This document shows positions 1-9,095 of a stretch of 64,000 nucleotides of DNA, piece by piece (positions within the stretch are counted from its first letter, which is position 1; the number at the start of each line of letters is the position of its first letter). This DNA comes from Candidatus Hermodarchaeota archaeon (GTDB taxonomy: Archaea > Asgardarchaeota > Lokiarchaeia > Sigyniarchaeales > SOKP01): NCBI GenBank assembly GCA_048885525.1, contig JBHLLP010000002.1, forward strand, positions 67,451 to 131,450, written 5' to 3'. A program made the position numbers and the translations under genes. Under the pieces are notes generated by a model. It did not search any database, was not told the DNA's origin, and saw nothing but the letters and a program-made list of their open reading frames with translations.

Positions 1-2
1 TA

Positions 3-1040
3 GATGAAATCATTGAAAATGTAATAGATACAGTGAATGATAAGTACAATGAGATGTATGACCTTGGAATAGAAAGTGGAGTTCCGACTGATTTTTGTTA
101 TGGAATAAAATCTCTCTATGGAATGCATATGAGTAAAGGTAAAAATGTAGAAGCTACATTAAATTATACTATTCGATGTAGTGCTTGGAATAAATACTTA
201 GAATCATTGAAAACCGTTCAGAATCCAGCAAGACAGATTTGGATTGATGTCCCACCAAGAAACATCGGGAATGCGTTAGAATTGCTAACAGATAATCTTT
301 ATGATGCTGTTAGAGAATTAGAAAAAGTAAGTGGAAATAGCTATGATAAATATATTCTTCGAAATCATTTTCAAGTTGCTAATGATATAAGAAAATATTA
401 TAAAACTATTCTTTATGAAATAAGTTTATCTGAATTTTATCCATGTAATCCTGCTACGTTTAGTGAAATATTAGTGATACTAAACAATAGTTTTCAAGAC
501 TATAATTCTAATGCAACTCGATATCGGGACAATATGGCATCATTAGTAAATGAAATGAAAGAAAGAATCAAAAATAAAATTGGTATAGATGTCAGTAATA
601 TGCCCCGAATATTAATTACTCCTATGTTTGGTGGGTGGGAACCAAAAAGTCATGAAATAATATATGAGTTAGGAGGTCGAGCTTTATATGCTGATTGGGA
701 TATGTTATTACTTTTAGAAGATATTCCTATTACTAAAATATCTGATCCTGTTGAAGCTTATGCTCATTATTTAATGAATGCAACTGTAAATGGGATAGGA
801 TGTGATAATGATGCTCTATCGGATTCTTATATGAGGTTGGCAAAAAATTTAAATGCTGATGGTCTTGTCTTTATTCAACTTTTTGGTTGCCATTCAATAT
901 CCAATTGTTTCACAATGTTAAAGGAAAAAATTCGTCAAGAACTAGAAATTCCGTGTATCGCTCTAAATTTTAATAAAATTGGTGAGAATGTGGAACAGGT
1001 TAAAACTCGTTTAGGAGCTTTTATGGAAATGTTTAATTAA
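3..1040 (+). CDS. 2-hydroxyacyl-CoA dehydratase / benzoyl-CoA reductase family subunit (HgdB/BcrC-like), 5' end outside window
   Basis: Frame 3 is open from nt 3 (DEIIENVIDTVNDKYN...), upstream of the listed GTG at 33. It aligns over its whole length with the C-terminal ~340 aa of the full-length paralog at 23377..24732. The tail GCHSISNC...IPCIALNFNKIGENVEQVKTRLGAFMEMF resembles the HGD-D family C-terminus. Confidence 0.6.
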   Translation, partial: DEIIENVIDTVNDKYNEMYDLGIESGVPTDFCYGIKSLYGMHMSKGKNVEATLNYTIRCSAWNKYLESLKTVQNPARQIWIDVPPRNIGNALELLTDNLYDAVRELEKVSGNSYDKYILRNHFQVANDIRKYYKTILYEISLSEFYPCNPATFSEILVILNNSFQDYNSNATRYRDNMASLVNEMKERIKNKIGIDVSNMPRILITPMFGGWEPKSHEIIYELGGRALYADWDMLLLLEDIPITKISDPVEAYAHYLMNATVNGIGCDNDALSDSYMRLAKNLNADGLVFIQLFGCHSISNCFTMLKEKIRQELEIPCIALNFNKIGENVEQVKTRLGAFMEMFN

Positions 1041-1130
1041 TCTTATAAAAAAGGAAGGTTTAATATTTTGTTAATAATGATTTCTTTTGATAAAAATAAA
1101 GAATAATTACACCTCTGGGGGTTAGATTTT

Positions 1131-2594
1131 GTGTTATTCCATGATAAAGTTAAAGAATTGGATTCAGATTCATATAAAGACTATTACGTTCTTTGCGGGA
1201 TTGAAGAGGAATTCCTCATAATTAATAAAAATGGAAGATTAGCAAAAGTAGCAGATGATATAATGGTGAAATCTGCTGAAATTCTTGAAAAAGATCAAAA
1301 TTTTCTGAATTCACTTCAAGTAAAAATACGAGGACTTGATGCTGAACCTTCACCTTCGCAAATAGAATATGTTACTTTACCTTTACCTCCTACTTCCTTG
1401 GAACAAGCTGTAAAAGAAGGAAGGAAATTACTAACTGAAGCTGCAAAACAGCTTGGTGTTAAAATACTTGCACAAAGCCTTCATCCCATACAGAGTGATC
1501 CTAATCCAATTTCTGGAACTCATATTAATGTTTCTGTTCAAAAAAAAGGGAGCTTAATGACTCCTGAAGATATGAAAATAGTATATAATTACTTGTGGGA
1601 TTATCTTCCAGAAATAATTGGAATTTCAGCAAATTCATATGTTTATAGAGGAAGTTGGAATAACATAGCTAGTAACCGATGTGCCAATAGTTCTGTCCTT
1701 AAATCAAATGGATTTGCATTGATACAGATTCCTGAAAATCGACCTGCTCTGATTCCTATGCGTTATTATGGTCGAATGAGATATAAACTTAAAATAGGAT
1801 TTGAAGAAGATGAGTTTTCCAAAAAGGTTATTACTAATAATCGTGGAGATCGTTTAGTAGATATAACACCAAGAGGTCCTTTTACAAACATCAGTGATGA
1901 TAACGATGAATTACCCTCAAGAAATCGGATAGAAATTCGTATAATTGACGTACAATATAATAATGAGGATTTACTTGATTTAGCGTATCTATGTTGTGCT
2001 TCTGCACTTCATGCGATCCATCTCCAATCAACAGGAGAAATTATTCAAGACCCATATCATACTAAGAATTTAGAAAATGCTATCGCAAATGGAACTAAAG
2101 CTATTTTTAAAAGACCAAACGGAGTAAGTGAAGCCTTAGAAGATAGCATAACAAGATGGATAGATGAAACTAGGATTTACCAAGATTCATTAAACATCAA
2201 AATTAAAAACCTACCCGATACAAAAATTAAAACGGATCAATCTCAAAAAGAGCTTAATATTGAATATCAAACGAGAAAAATTGAAAAGCTAAGACAGCAA
2301 GGCAGAAATTATGTCGTTATGGAATTAGTAGAACCGAGAATTGTGACTGATAGGAGAGGAAATCGCTATAAAATTACTGCTGGCACCCAAGTTCGAGGTA
2401 ATTTAGAAGCAAATTATAGTTTTTCTTATGACGATATTGATGGAATGGTGACTAACTTCAACGGGATACGAGTTGTTAATAATCTTGTGGTCCAAAATCT
2501 TAAAATACCAATATTAGAAAGTGATCGTGTTTTAAGAGGACAATCTGAATCAGAATCCTTATTAGATAGATTGTTTGGTGACTTTTTCTTCTAA
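1131..2594 (+). CDS. Carboxylate-amine ligase / glutamate-cysteine ligase family 2 (GCS2, YbdK-like) protein with unassigned C-terminal extension
   Basis: N-terminal CGIEEEFLIINKNG matches the GVEEEF region of GCS2 enzymes. The last ~110 aa are unassigned. GTG start with GGGGGT 8 nt upstream. Confidence 0.5.
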   Translation: MLFHDKVKELDSDSYKDYYVLCGIEEEFLIINKNGRLAKVADDIMVKSAEILEKDQNFLNSLQVKIRGLDAEPSPSQIEYVTLPLPPTSLEQAVKEGRKLLTEAAKQLGVKILAQSLHPIQSDPNPISGTHINVSVQKKGSLMTPEDMKIVYNYLWDYLPEIIGISANSYVYRGSWNNIASNRCANSSVLKSNGFALIQIPENRPALIPMRYYGRMRYKLKIGFEEDEFSKKVITNNRGDRLVDITPRGPFTNISDDNDELPSRNRIEIRIIDVQYNNEDLLDLAYLCCASALHAIHLQSTGEIIQDPYHTKNLENAIANGTKAIFKRPNGVSEALEDSITRWIDETRIYQDSLNIKIKNLPDTKIKTDQSQKELNIEYQTRKIEKLRQQGRNYVVMELVEPRIVTDRRGNRYKITAGTQVRGNLEANYSFSYDDIDGMVTNFNGIRVVNNLVVQNLKIPILESDRVLRGQSESESLLDRLFGDFFF

Positions 2595-2621
2595 ATAAAA
2601 ATTAAGCAAATTACTAAGAAT

Positions 2622-2987
2622 ATGAATCAAAAAAATAATACTTGTTATAAATGTGATAAACTCTTCGTTTATGGTACATTACAACATGGTCAAAGCAGAA
2701 ATTATATACTGGGAGGTTTAAAATTTAAAAAAGCTATTCTATTAAATTATAGAAAAGTGGAACCCCCATCCTTGGGGTTTCCATTTATCGTTAATGAAGT
2801 TAATAGTAATGTTGAAGGTGAGGTATATTATGGTGTTGGACAATCTCTTATTAATCAAATCGATATGATTGAAGGAGAAGGGAAATTATACCATAGAATC
2901 TTAGTTAAAGTACAATTGCAAGATGGAAGTGAAACAGATGCTTATACATATTACCCCTCTGAGATTTTAATTAAAAATTATACATAA
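2622..2987 (+). CDS. Gamma-glutamylcyclotransferase (AIG2/GGCT-like) family protein
   Basis: KLFVYGTLQHGQSRNYIL is the YGTL motif of AIG2/GGCT-fold proteins; the 121-aa size fits. Confidence 0.7.
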   Translation: MNQKNNTCYKCDKLFVYGTLQHGQSRNYILGGLKFKKAILLNYRKVEPPSLGFPFIVNEVNSNVEGEVYYGVGQSLINQIDMIEGEGKLYHRILVKVQLQDGSETDAYTYYPSEILIKNYT

Positions 2988-3004
2988 TTCATTGGAAGAT
3001 TTTA

Positions 3005-3748
3005 ATGAGTGAAGAAAATTCTTTGGAAAATGAAAAAATAAATCAAATTCTTCTTATAGATAATTATTCTCGAGGTTTGCCAACAGATAGAATAACTAGA
3101 ATAGAAACAATTATAAATAACTGCATAGCTGAAGTAGAGTTAAAAACGATTCACTTTACTCAATTTAAAGCTGAAATTGTAGAAAATTATATTGGGGTTA
3201 TACTCTCTGGATCTGAATTGAATGTCTCTAGTTTTTATTATGACGAAAGAATAAAAAAGAAATTCAAAGCTCAATTGGCTTTAATTCAAAAAATAAATCA
3301 AATTCCAATTCTTGCATTATGTTTTGGATTTCATTTGGTTGCATATGCGTATGGGGCTCAAATAAGTAGGATGAGGCTCCTAGGACTAGGAGGAAGAATT
3401 ATTTTTATTTTATTGAAAGAAACAGATGAACTTATAACACAGAAAAACATACCAGTTAATGTTCATCACCTTGATTTCGTGTCTCCAAATGATTGTAAAA
3501 TCCAAAAAAATTTTAATATTATCAGTGAATCCCGAACAATGGGCTATAAAATGGTTCAGTATATGAAGCATTGTGATAAACCAATATTTGCAGTTCAATT
3601 TCATCCAGAAACTCATAATCCTTATTATTTTAATCCAGGTTTATTTGATGAGAGAATCGCAGAAAAAACAAGGATGACGGGAGAAAAAATCATTGAAAAC
3701 TTCATATGGATGTGTTCTTACCAAAAAAAAAATAAATTTAGTAAGTAA
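3005..3748 (+). CDS. Class-I glutamine amidotransferase-fold protein (GATase1 / peptidase C26 gamma-glutamyl hydrolase-like)
   Basis: Nucleophile elbow ILALCFGFHLV plus FAVQFHPE (His-Glu) motif. Confidence 0.65.
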   Translation: MSEENSLENEKINQILLIDNYSRGLPTDRITRIETIINNCIAEVELKTIHFTQFKAEIVENYIGVILSGSELNVSSFYYDERIKKKFKAQLALIQKINQIPILALCFGFHLVAYAYGAQISRMRLLGLGGRIIFILLKETDELITQKNIPVNVHHLDFVSPNDCKIQKNFNIISESRTMGYKMVQYMKHCDKPIFAVQFHPETHNPYYFNPGLFDERIAEKTRMTGEKIIENFIWMCSYQKKNKFSK

Positions 3749-3759
3749 AAAAGCAAAAA

Positions 3760-5268
3760 TCATGAAGTTCTTTTCATATTTTTTTCTTTTTTAGAAGATC
3801 TTTTCGACTGCCACGGATAAGTTGATAAAGCAGCTATTATAGGTTCTTTAGATTTTCTTATCCGGAATAAAAATGTCATTGATTTTCTTATTTCTAATAA
3901 AAATTCATTTCTAATAATTTTATTATTGACTTCTCCTTTTTCTTTTACTAATGCTAATCTATGTAGGGCAAATATACCTAATATAAGTGCGATTATAAAG
4001 AAAAAATCCATTCCTTGTAAATTTAATATTTGGATTGATCCACTATTATTTGGAGAGTTCCAATTAAGCGTCCAATAAAATTCAGAAAGTTCAAAATAAT
4101 TAGCACATAAACCACCGATTATGGGAGCAATTCCTAGGGGAATAGAAGTGAATAAAGTCGTAACCGCAAGATACCAATTAGCTTTTCCTTTTGGAGCTAA
4201 TTTTAAACTAATATTACTTAATGCGAGGGTAGTTCCTGCTAATGAAATTCCAGTAAAAATATGGATCAAAATCAATAGTGGCATTGTGAACCAGTAAAAT
4301 CCCGGTAATGATGTAAAAACCCAAGCTAGTATACAAAAAAGAAATAAAGGACAAGAGACATTTAATACAGATTTATTACTAAATCTATCAGAAAGATGAC
4401 CCCATAATTGTAAGAAAATAAGATTTACAATTTGACTTATCGCTATGAGACAGATTACTAATGTTAAGCTTAAATGTAATTTTTCAAGCATATAAACAGT
4501 AAAGAATGGTACCGTAAATCCAATGGTAAAATACCACAGAAATAAAAACTTTAGTAAATTTTTATAATTTTTGTCTCTATAAGGTTCAGAAATTAATTGG
4601 GGGAGTTTTGGTTTCATTTCCAGCATTATCATTGTAGGTTCTGAAATTTTTGATATATAATAGACACTAATCATTCCAAAAGCAAATCCTAAAAAATAAA
4701 GAATTGAATAACCTAAATCTTGAATATGTGTGAAACTAAATCTCCATATATCTATAAATATTCCAGCAAATAAAGTAGTTATTAATCCCATAACTGTGGA
4801 TAATAATATCCTTCTTGAATAGAATTTTCCAAGTATTTTTTGTGGTATGAGATCATGCATCCAAAAATTCCAAGCGGTATGACCAATTGAAGCGAAAATG
4901 GATTGCAATGTTAAAAAAAGTACTAAAAAAATTAAACTTAATTCAAATGTGAAAAGAAAAGGAATTAATCCTATAGCTAATATACATAATCTATACAAAA
5001 TTAGACTATAGACTGTAATCACACGCCTATTACGTAATTTTTCGATAATAAAAATAGTTGGAATCTGAAAAAAATTACATAATGTTGGAATCGCTCCCAA
5101 GAGTCCTATTATAAGCAAGTTTGCCCCAAACCTTAAAGCAAAAGAAATTAAAATTGGACCAGCAGTTAGATTCACCATAATCTGAGAGATATATCCATCT
5201 TTAGTCACATTTTTTAGAGAAATTTCAATGTCATTTTCATTTAGAGTTTCTTGAGTTGGAAATATCAT
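3760..5268 (-). CDS. MFS-type transporter
   Basis: About 12 hydrophobic segments in a two-halves arrangement with a basic cytoplasmic tail. Convergent with the + strand trio. Confidence 0.6.
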   Translation of the reverse strand: MIFPTQETLNENDIEISLKNVTKDGYISQIMVNLTAGPILISFALRFGANLLIIGLLGAIPTLCNFFQIPTIFIIEKLRNRRVITVYSLILYRLCILAIGLIPFLFTFELSLIFLVLFLTLQSIFASIGHTAWNFWMHDLIPQKILGKFYSRRILLSTVMGLITTLFAGIFIDIWRFSFTHIQDLGYSILYFLGFAFGMISVYYISKISEPTMIMLEMKPKLPQLISEPYRDKNYKNLLKFLFLWYFTIGFTVPFFTVYMLEKLHLSLTLVICLIAISQIVNLIFLQLWGHLSDRFSNKSVLNVSCPLFLFCILAWVFTSLPGFYWFTMPLLILIHIFTGISLAGTTLALSNISLKLAPKGKANWYLAVTTLFTSIPLGIAPIIGGLCANYFELSEFYWTLNWNSPNNSGSIQILNLQGMDFFFIIALILGIFALHRLALVKEKGEVNNKIIRNEFLLEIRKSMTFLFRIRKSKEPIIAALSTYPWQSKRSSKKEKNMKRTS

Positions 5269-5328
5269 AGTATAAATTTCTACAGGTATTTTTAGAAGGT
5301 TAGATCTATTATAATTATAAATGGTTAA

Positions 5329-6432
5329 TTAATTGATGGGAATTTTTTCTTTTGCTCCAAACTCCATTAACTCTTCAGTAATAATTCGTTTTTTAATAAA
5401 ATCTTTTAAATCTAATCCAATTATTGTTCTTCCATCATTTCTAAAATTTTTTCCACATAATATGGATGAAAGATTAATTACAGAATCTATAATTGGTGTT
5501 TTAACACCTAAAAACTTAGCTAAAGATGAAATTGGGACCAAACCAGTTGGTATATCCTCTGTGAAATATCTTGTAATTAATTGCTTTGGCGAGTTTATAT
5601 TTTTATAAGCATCTATATTTTGAATTGCGTCATATATGCATTTTTTTTTAACACCATAGGATTTATGTGCCCAATTGCAAAATCTGATATGATTAAATCC
5701 TAAGATTTCAAAAATTTTATTCATTTCAATTTGAATATTTTCAAGGACCTCACAAATTCGAGTAGTTGCCCCCTCAGCATAAAATTTGAAACTTATTCCA
5801 GAATCCATGATACCTGCATTTAAAAGTGAAATTGTTGGATGCAATAACATTCCAATATTAGTTAATGTCATTTCAAGATAATCTCTTACTGGATTTAACT
5901 GAGGAAATATATCTTTTAGTGTATCATACACAAAAAAAGTGTGTTTTTCCGGAAAAGCGGCAAAGTCGACAGAATCTTTGATCTTAAGAATTTTTACTCC
6001 ATTCTTTTTTAGTTGCCTTGAAGTAAAAATCAGTGTTTGAGCTTCAGCAATAAAAATGGGAAAAGAAATACCTTTCTTTTCAACTGTTCGTCTAAATTCA
6101 ACGGCACCAAATGTTCTTCCAGGATTTAATATTATAATTTGATCTGGAGAGAGAAATTTTATAATTTTTTCAGCAATATCTCTATGTGCTGACGCAGGGA
6201 TCACTATTAATATGATATCAACATCTCTTAATGCTAATTCTAAATTTTGTGTAGCTAAGTTAATTGGAAAAAAACCTTTTATTGCTCCAGATGCTTTTAT
6301 TCCTCCTTTCTTTTTTATATCTACAATTCTTGAAAGTGAACGATTATATAGATTTACAGAATGTCCTTTCGAAGATAAATATGCTCCAAACGCACGACCA
6401 CCGTTTCCAGCCCCTACAACACAAAACTTCAC
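5329..6432 (-). CDS. NAD(P)-dependent opine (octopine/nopaline) dehydrogenase family protein
   Basis: Rossmann N-terminus VVGAGNGGRAFGAYLSSKGHSVNLYNRS. C-terminal FTEDIPTGLVPISSLAKFLGVKTPIIDSVI resembles the opine-DH helical domain. The GTG start overlaps the upstream TGA (GTGA), with GGTGA 7 nt upstream. Confidence 0.65.
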   Translation of the reverse strand: MKFCVVGAGNGGRAFGAYLSSKGHSVNLYNRSLSRIVDIKKKGGIKASGAIKGFFPINLATQNLELALRDVDIILIVIPASAHRDIAEKIIKFLSPDQIIILNPGRTFGAVEFRRTVEKKGISFPIFIAEAQTLIFTSRQLKKNGVKILKIKDSVDFAAFPEKHTFFVYDTLKDIFPQLNPVRDYLEMTLTNIGMLLHPTISLLNAGIMDSGISFKFYAEGATTRICEVLENIQIEMNKIFEILGFNHIRFCNWAHKSYGVKKKCIYDAIQNIDAYKNINSPKQLITRYFTEDIPTGLVPISSLAKFLGVKTPIIDSVINLSSILCGKNFRNDGRTIIGLDLKDFIKKRIITEELMEFGAKEKIPIN

Positions 6433-8177
6433 TTATCAATCACCTTAAAAATAGATTTTTCTTTTTGAATTATCAAATTAGATGACTTTAAATCGGGAAG
6501 ATTAGATGTAATGTCTTTAATTCTCTGTAATTCATCATATTTTTGTTGTCTCAAGTCATCCCACGAGTAGCATGCACCATTAATAATTTTTGTTTTAATT
6601 TTACCCATTGCAAATTTATTGTTTTTTAAATGTGGAGCATCAAAAATCCCATATTTTACAAGACGGTTCAAAACATTGGGATTAACATATGGATCTTTTA
6701 GTTCTTTCTCATCCTTAGTCAAACATGGGATTAAATTTATTATCCATTTTGCTTGTTTAATTAATTGTTCTTTTCTTTTTTGTATTTTATTATCAATCAA
6801 GTTTAATTTGCTTGAATATATTCTATTTATAACTTGATCTATTATTTTACAACTTTCAATTACGTCTTCTGGAAGAGCAGCATGCTGAGCTTCTGAATAA
6901 CTAACTACATGAATTATATCTGGTTTTATTGCTAATTGAATCATTGTAGTAGCTGCTAATTGCCCCTTTGCTTTATCTAAATCCAATGGGAAACTGGCTA
7001 ATCCTGTTCTTACTTGTTTAATTACTGAAAATTCTTTATCTACTAGAGTCTGTAATAATTCATTATTTGCTAGAATTTTGGCTAAATCCATATCAAGTGA
7101 ACTTGAAGGTGGTGTATTAAACATATTTTGTGCGATGAAATGTTTTACACCTAGCTTTTTAGCTATTATCCCGCATAAATACATATCTGCCACAGATATA
7201 ACATCTGGAGCGTCTCTTAAACTCCAATGGTGAGAATCGTTAATCTCGACAGGAATATTATTGTCACCATGCCATTTAATAGCTTCTAAGTGTTGAATTA
7301 TTGATTCTTTTAATGTTAAAGGCCCTCTCCCATCCATTTGATTAAACCAAAAAATTGGGATAGCTGCCCAAGCATTATTAATAGTTTCTCTATATAGTTT
7401 CGCTAACTTTATAAAATCACGAGTTCCTGAATAGATTCGTAAAAGAGGATAATTTCCTGTTAATCTTGCTCTATGTAAATTTAAAAAGTCTTCCTTAGTT
7501 CTAATTGGTACTCCTCCTGCGCCAGATAAATGTTTAACTTGATCCTTAGGATGGAAATAATTAGCTTGAGTATTCTGATCTGGAGCGATTGAAATTATAT
7601 CTAAAACCTCTGCATCTGCAATCTTTTTTATCCCTTTTATGGTTTCTTTCATACTTGGTAATCCAAAATGAGCTCTTATTATAGGAAAGGGCTTTTTCCA
7701 TTTTATACGAGAAATTAATTCCTTAGGGATCTCTACTTCTTCTCCAGAAACAGCTAATTCATTTCTTAAAATAGAAATTATTTTATATTTTGACTCTCCA
7801 CCTATAAAAAATTCATGAAAAATACCAAAATCTTTAGCAATTCTAACTACTTCAGGAGTCCCAGCAAAAAATAGTTGTTTAGGTTTGTATTCCGACTTTT
7901 CATATTTTTTTTTAAAATTTTGAAGAATTGGTATAACAGTAGAGGGTGTTAGCCGGTAGCTAAGCCCTAAAATATCTGGTTTCACTCGTTTAATTTTATC
8001 AATAATCACAGAATTTGGAACTGCAGGTCCTAAAAAGAAGCATTCAAACCCCAATTGGGTTGCAATGTTCATAAAATTATAAGATCCTGCTACATGAACG
8101 CATTGACCAATACATGCCGTTAAAATCTTTTTGGTTTTTAGCCTTTTGATATTATTATTATTATCTTTCATTATCAT
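6429..8177 (-). CDS. B12-binding-domain-like protein fused to a large unassigned (possibly barrel) domain
   Basis: The N-terminal ~120 aa (KILTACIGQCVHVAGS...GFECFFLGP...KPDILGLSYRL) resemble a cobalamin-binding Rossmann module, but Cys replaces the Asp of DxHxxG. The remaining ~450 aa are not recognised. AAGGAGG lies 7 nt upstream of the ATG. Confidence 0.35.
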   Translation of the reverse strand: MIMKDNNNNIKRLKTKKILTACIGQCVHVAGSYNFMNIATQLGFECFFLGPAVPNSVIIDKIKRVKPDILGLSYRLTPSTVIPILQNFKKKYEKSEYKPKQLFFAGTPEVVRIAKDFGIFHEFFIGGESKYKIISILRNELAVSGEEVEIPKELISRIKWKKPFPIIRAHFGLPSMKETIKGIKKIADAEVLDIISIAPDQNTQANYFHPKDQVKHLSGAGGVPIRTKEDFLNLHRARLTGNYPLLRIYSGTRDFIKLAKLYRETINNAWAAIPIFWFNQMDGRGPLTLKESIIQHLEAIKWHGDNNIPVEINDSHHWSLRDAPDVISVADMYLCGIIAKKLGVKHFIAQNMFNTPPSSSLDMDLAKILANNELLQTLVDKEFSVIKQVRTGLASFPLDLDKAKGQLAATTMIQLAIKPDIIHVVSYSEAQHAALPEDVIESCKIIDQVINRIYSSKLNLIDNKIQKRKEQLIKQAKWIINLIPCLTKDEKELKDPYVNPNVLNRLVKYGIFDAPHLKNNKFAMGKIKTKIINGACYSWDDLRQQKYDELQRIKDITSNLPDLKSSNLIIQKEKSIFKVIDK

Positions 8178-8184
8178 AAAATTT

Positions 8185-8191
8185 CCTCCTT
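8185..8191 (-). promoter_or_regulatory. Shine-Dalgarno-like AAGGAGG, 7 nt upstream of ATG 8175..8177
   Basis: Read directly on the reverse strand; a TATA-like ACTATAAAAA lies further upstream (8199..8208). Confidence 0.5.
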
Positions 8192-8525
8192 ATCGGAGTT
8201 TTTATAGTAATTATAATTCTTAATCATTCATAAGACAGACTTTGGGGTATTCCCTGAGCCAAATGATGAAAATTAGAAATAGATATATTTACTAATTTTT
8301 GATTGGTTATACAATTAACCATAGTAAACACTATATTATTATAGCAATGTTTGATATTTAAATATAGTGATTATTTAAATAGATATAAATTTACTTTTTA
8401 ATTAAATAAATAACCTTTTAAGTAAAAGTATTTGTCTATAAGAGAAGTAAATTTATATACTTTTATATATAATATCTATATATAAAAAGAAATTTTTTTA
8501 TAATATAATCTATTGGTGAAGTGAA

Positions 8526-8750
8526 ATTTCTTCTAGCCAATCACAAAGAAAATCTACCTTAGAAATAGTAGAAAATATTTATAATGCCTTAGATGATGGG
8601 AAATTTCATACAATAAGCGAAATTTCTGAAAAGGCAAAGTCGAACTGGATTACAGTAAAAAATCAAGTAGAACTTATTAAAAAAATTCAAGATTTACCTA
8701 AAATTGATATAATTCATGCCTCAAAGCAGATATTAGTGAGAAAAGTATAA
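8526..8750 (+). CDS. Small winged-helix/HTH-like protein, candidate ATT-initiated ORF (absent from the ORF track)
   Basis: 74 sense codons (ISSSQSQRKSTLEIVENIYNALDDGKFHTISEISEKAKSNWITVKNQVELIKKIQDLPKIDIIHASKQILVRKV), closed upstream by TGA at 8517. There is no ATG/TTG and only a GTG 4 codons before the stop. GGTGA at 8515..8519 lies 6 nt before ATT 8526. Confidence 0.4.
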   Translation: MSSSQSQRKSTLEIVENIYNALDDGKFHTISEISEKAKSNWITVKNQVELIKKIQDLPKIDIIHASKQILVRKV

Positions 8751-8862
8751 TTTAGAAAGGATATAAACTTGTATTGTAAGCAGTATCAGAAAAAAATTGT
8801 ATCTTATACTTACTTTAATGTTAATAAACAAATATTACCCTATTTATCAGAAATATGAGATA

Positions 8863-8910
8863 AATTATTGTTGAGAAAATTTTTAGTCAATAATTACTGT
8901 TGAGAAAATT
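8863..8910. repeat. Two 19-nt direct repeats AATTAYTGTTGAGAAAATT (8863..8881, 8892..8910), one mismatch, 29-nt period
   Basis: Read directly; located about 190 nt upstream of the tfb start. Confidence 0.7.
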
Positions 8911-9095
8911 AAAAAAGACAAAAAAGAAGAAGCCTAAGTAAAGAAGCTTATAGTATTTACAGATAATTACAAATTGTAAAAATTTAAAGGCTCAAATAGA
9001 ATTTCTGACTAAATCAATAAATCTTCCTAGGAAATATGATATCTCTATAGAAGGTTTTTTTTAAAAAATCTAAAAAAAAAATATTAAAAATTAAT

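Noticed and set aside
3410-3616. Short ORFs lying antisense to or overlapping longer, well-supported genes: 3410..3616, 5333..5608, 6212..6448, 6264..6485, 6619..6837, 9605..9787, 10203..10478, 10848..11102, 13391..13609, 15922..16155, 17271..17555, 20359..20544, 21450..21716, 22682..22891, 29946..30149, 36926..37150, 37429..37647, 38132..38338, 38865..39161, 42743..42937, 44098..44310, 49391..49579, 49779..49988, 50424..50636, 55242..55445, 56590..56856, 60667..60972, 61998..62270
   Set aside because: Each lies inside, or largely overlaps, a longer ORF with clear family motifs. Their peptides are low-complexity Phe/Leu/Ile/Ser-rich, as expected for shadow frames of an AT-rich genome. None has a recognisable motif.
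8178-9095. Long AT-rich gap without supported listed ORFs, considered as a replication origin
   Set aside because: There is no adjacent orc1/cdc6 gene, and I could not recognise ORB-like repeated boxes; only one pair of 19-nt repeats. AT-richness alone is uninformative in this genome.
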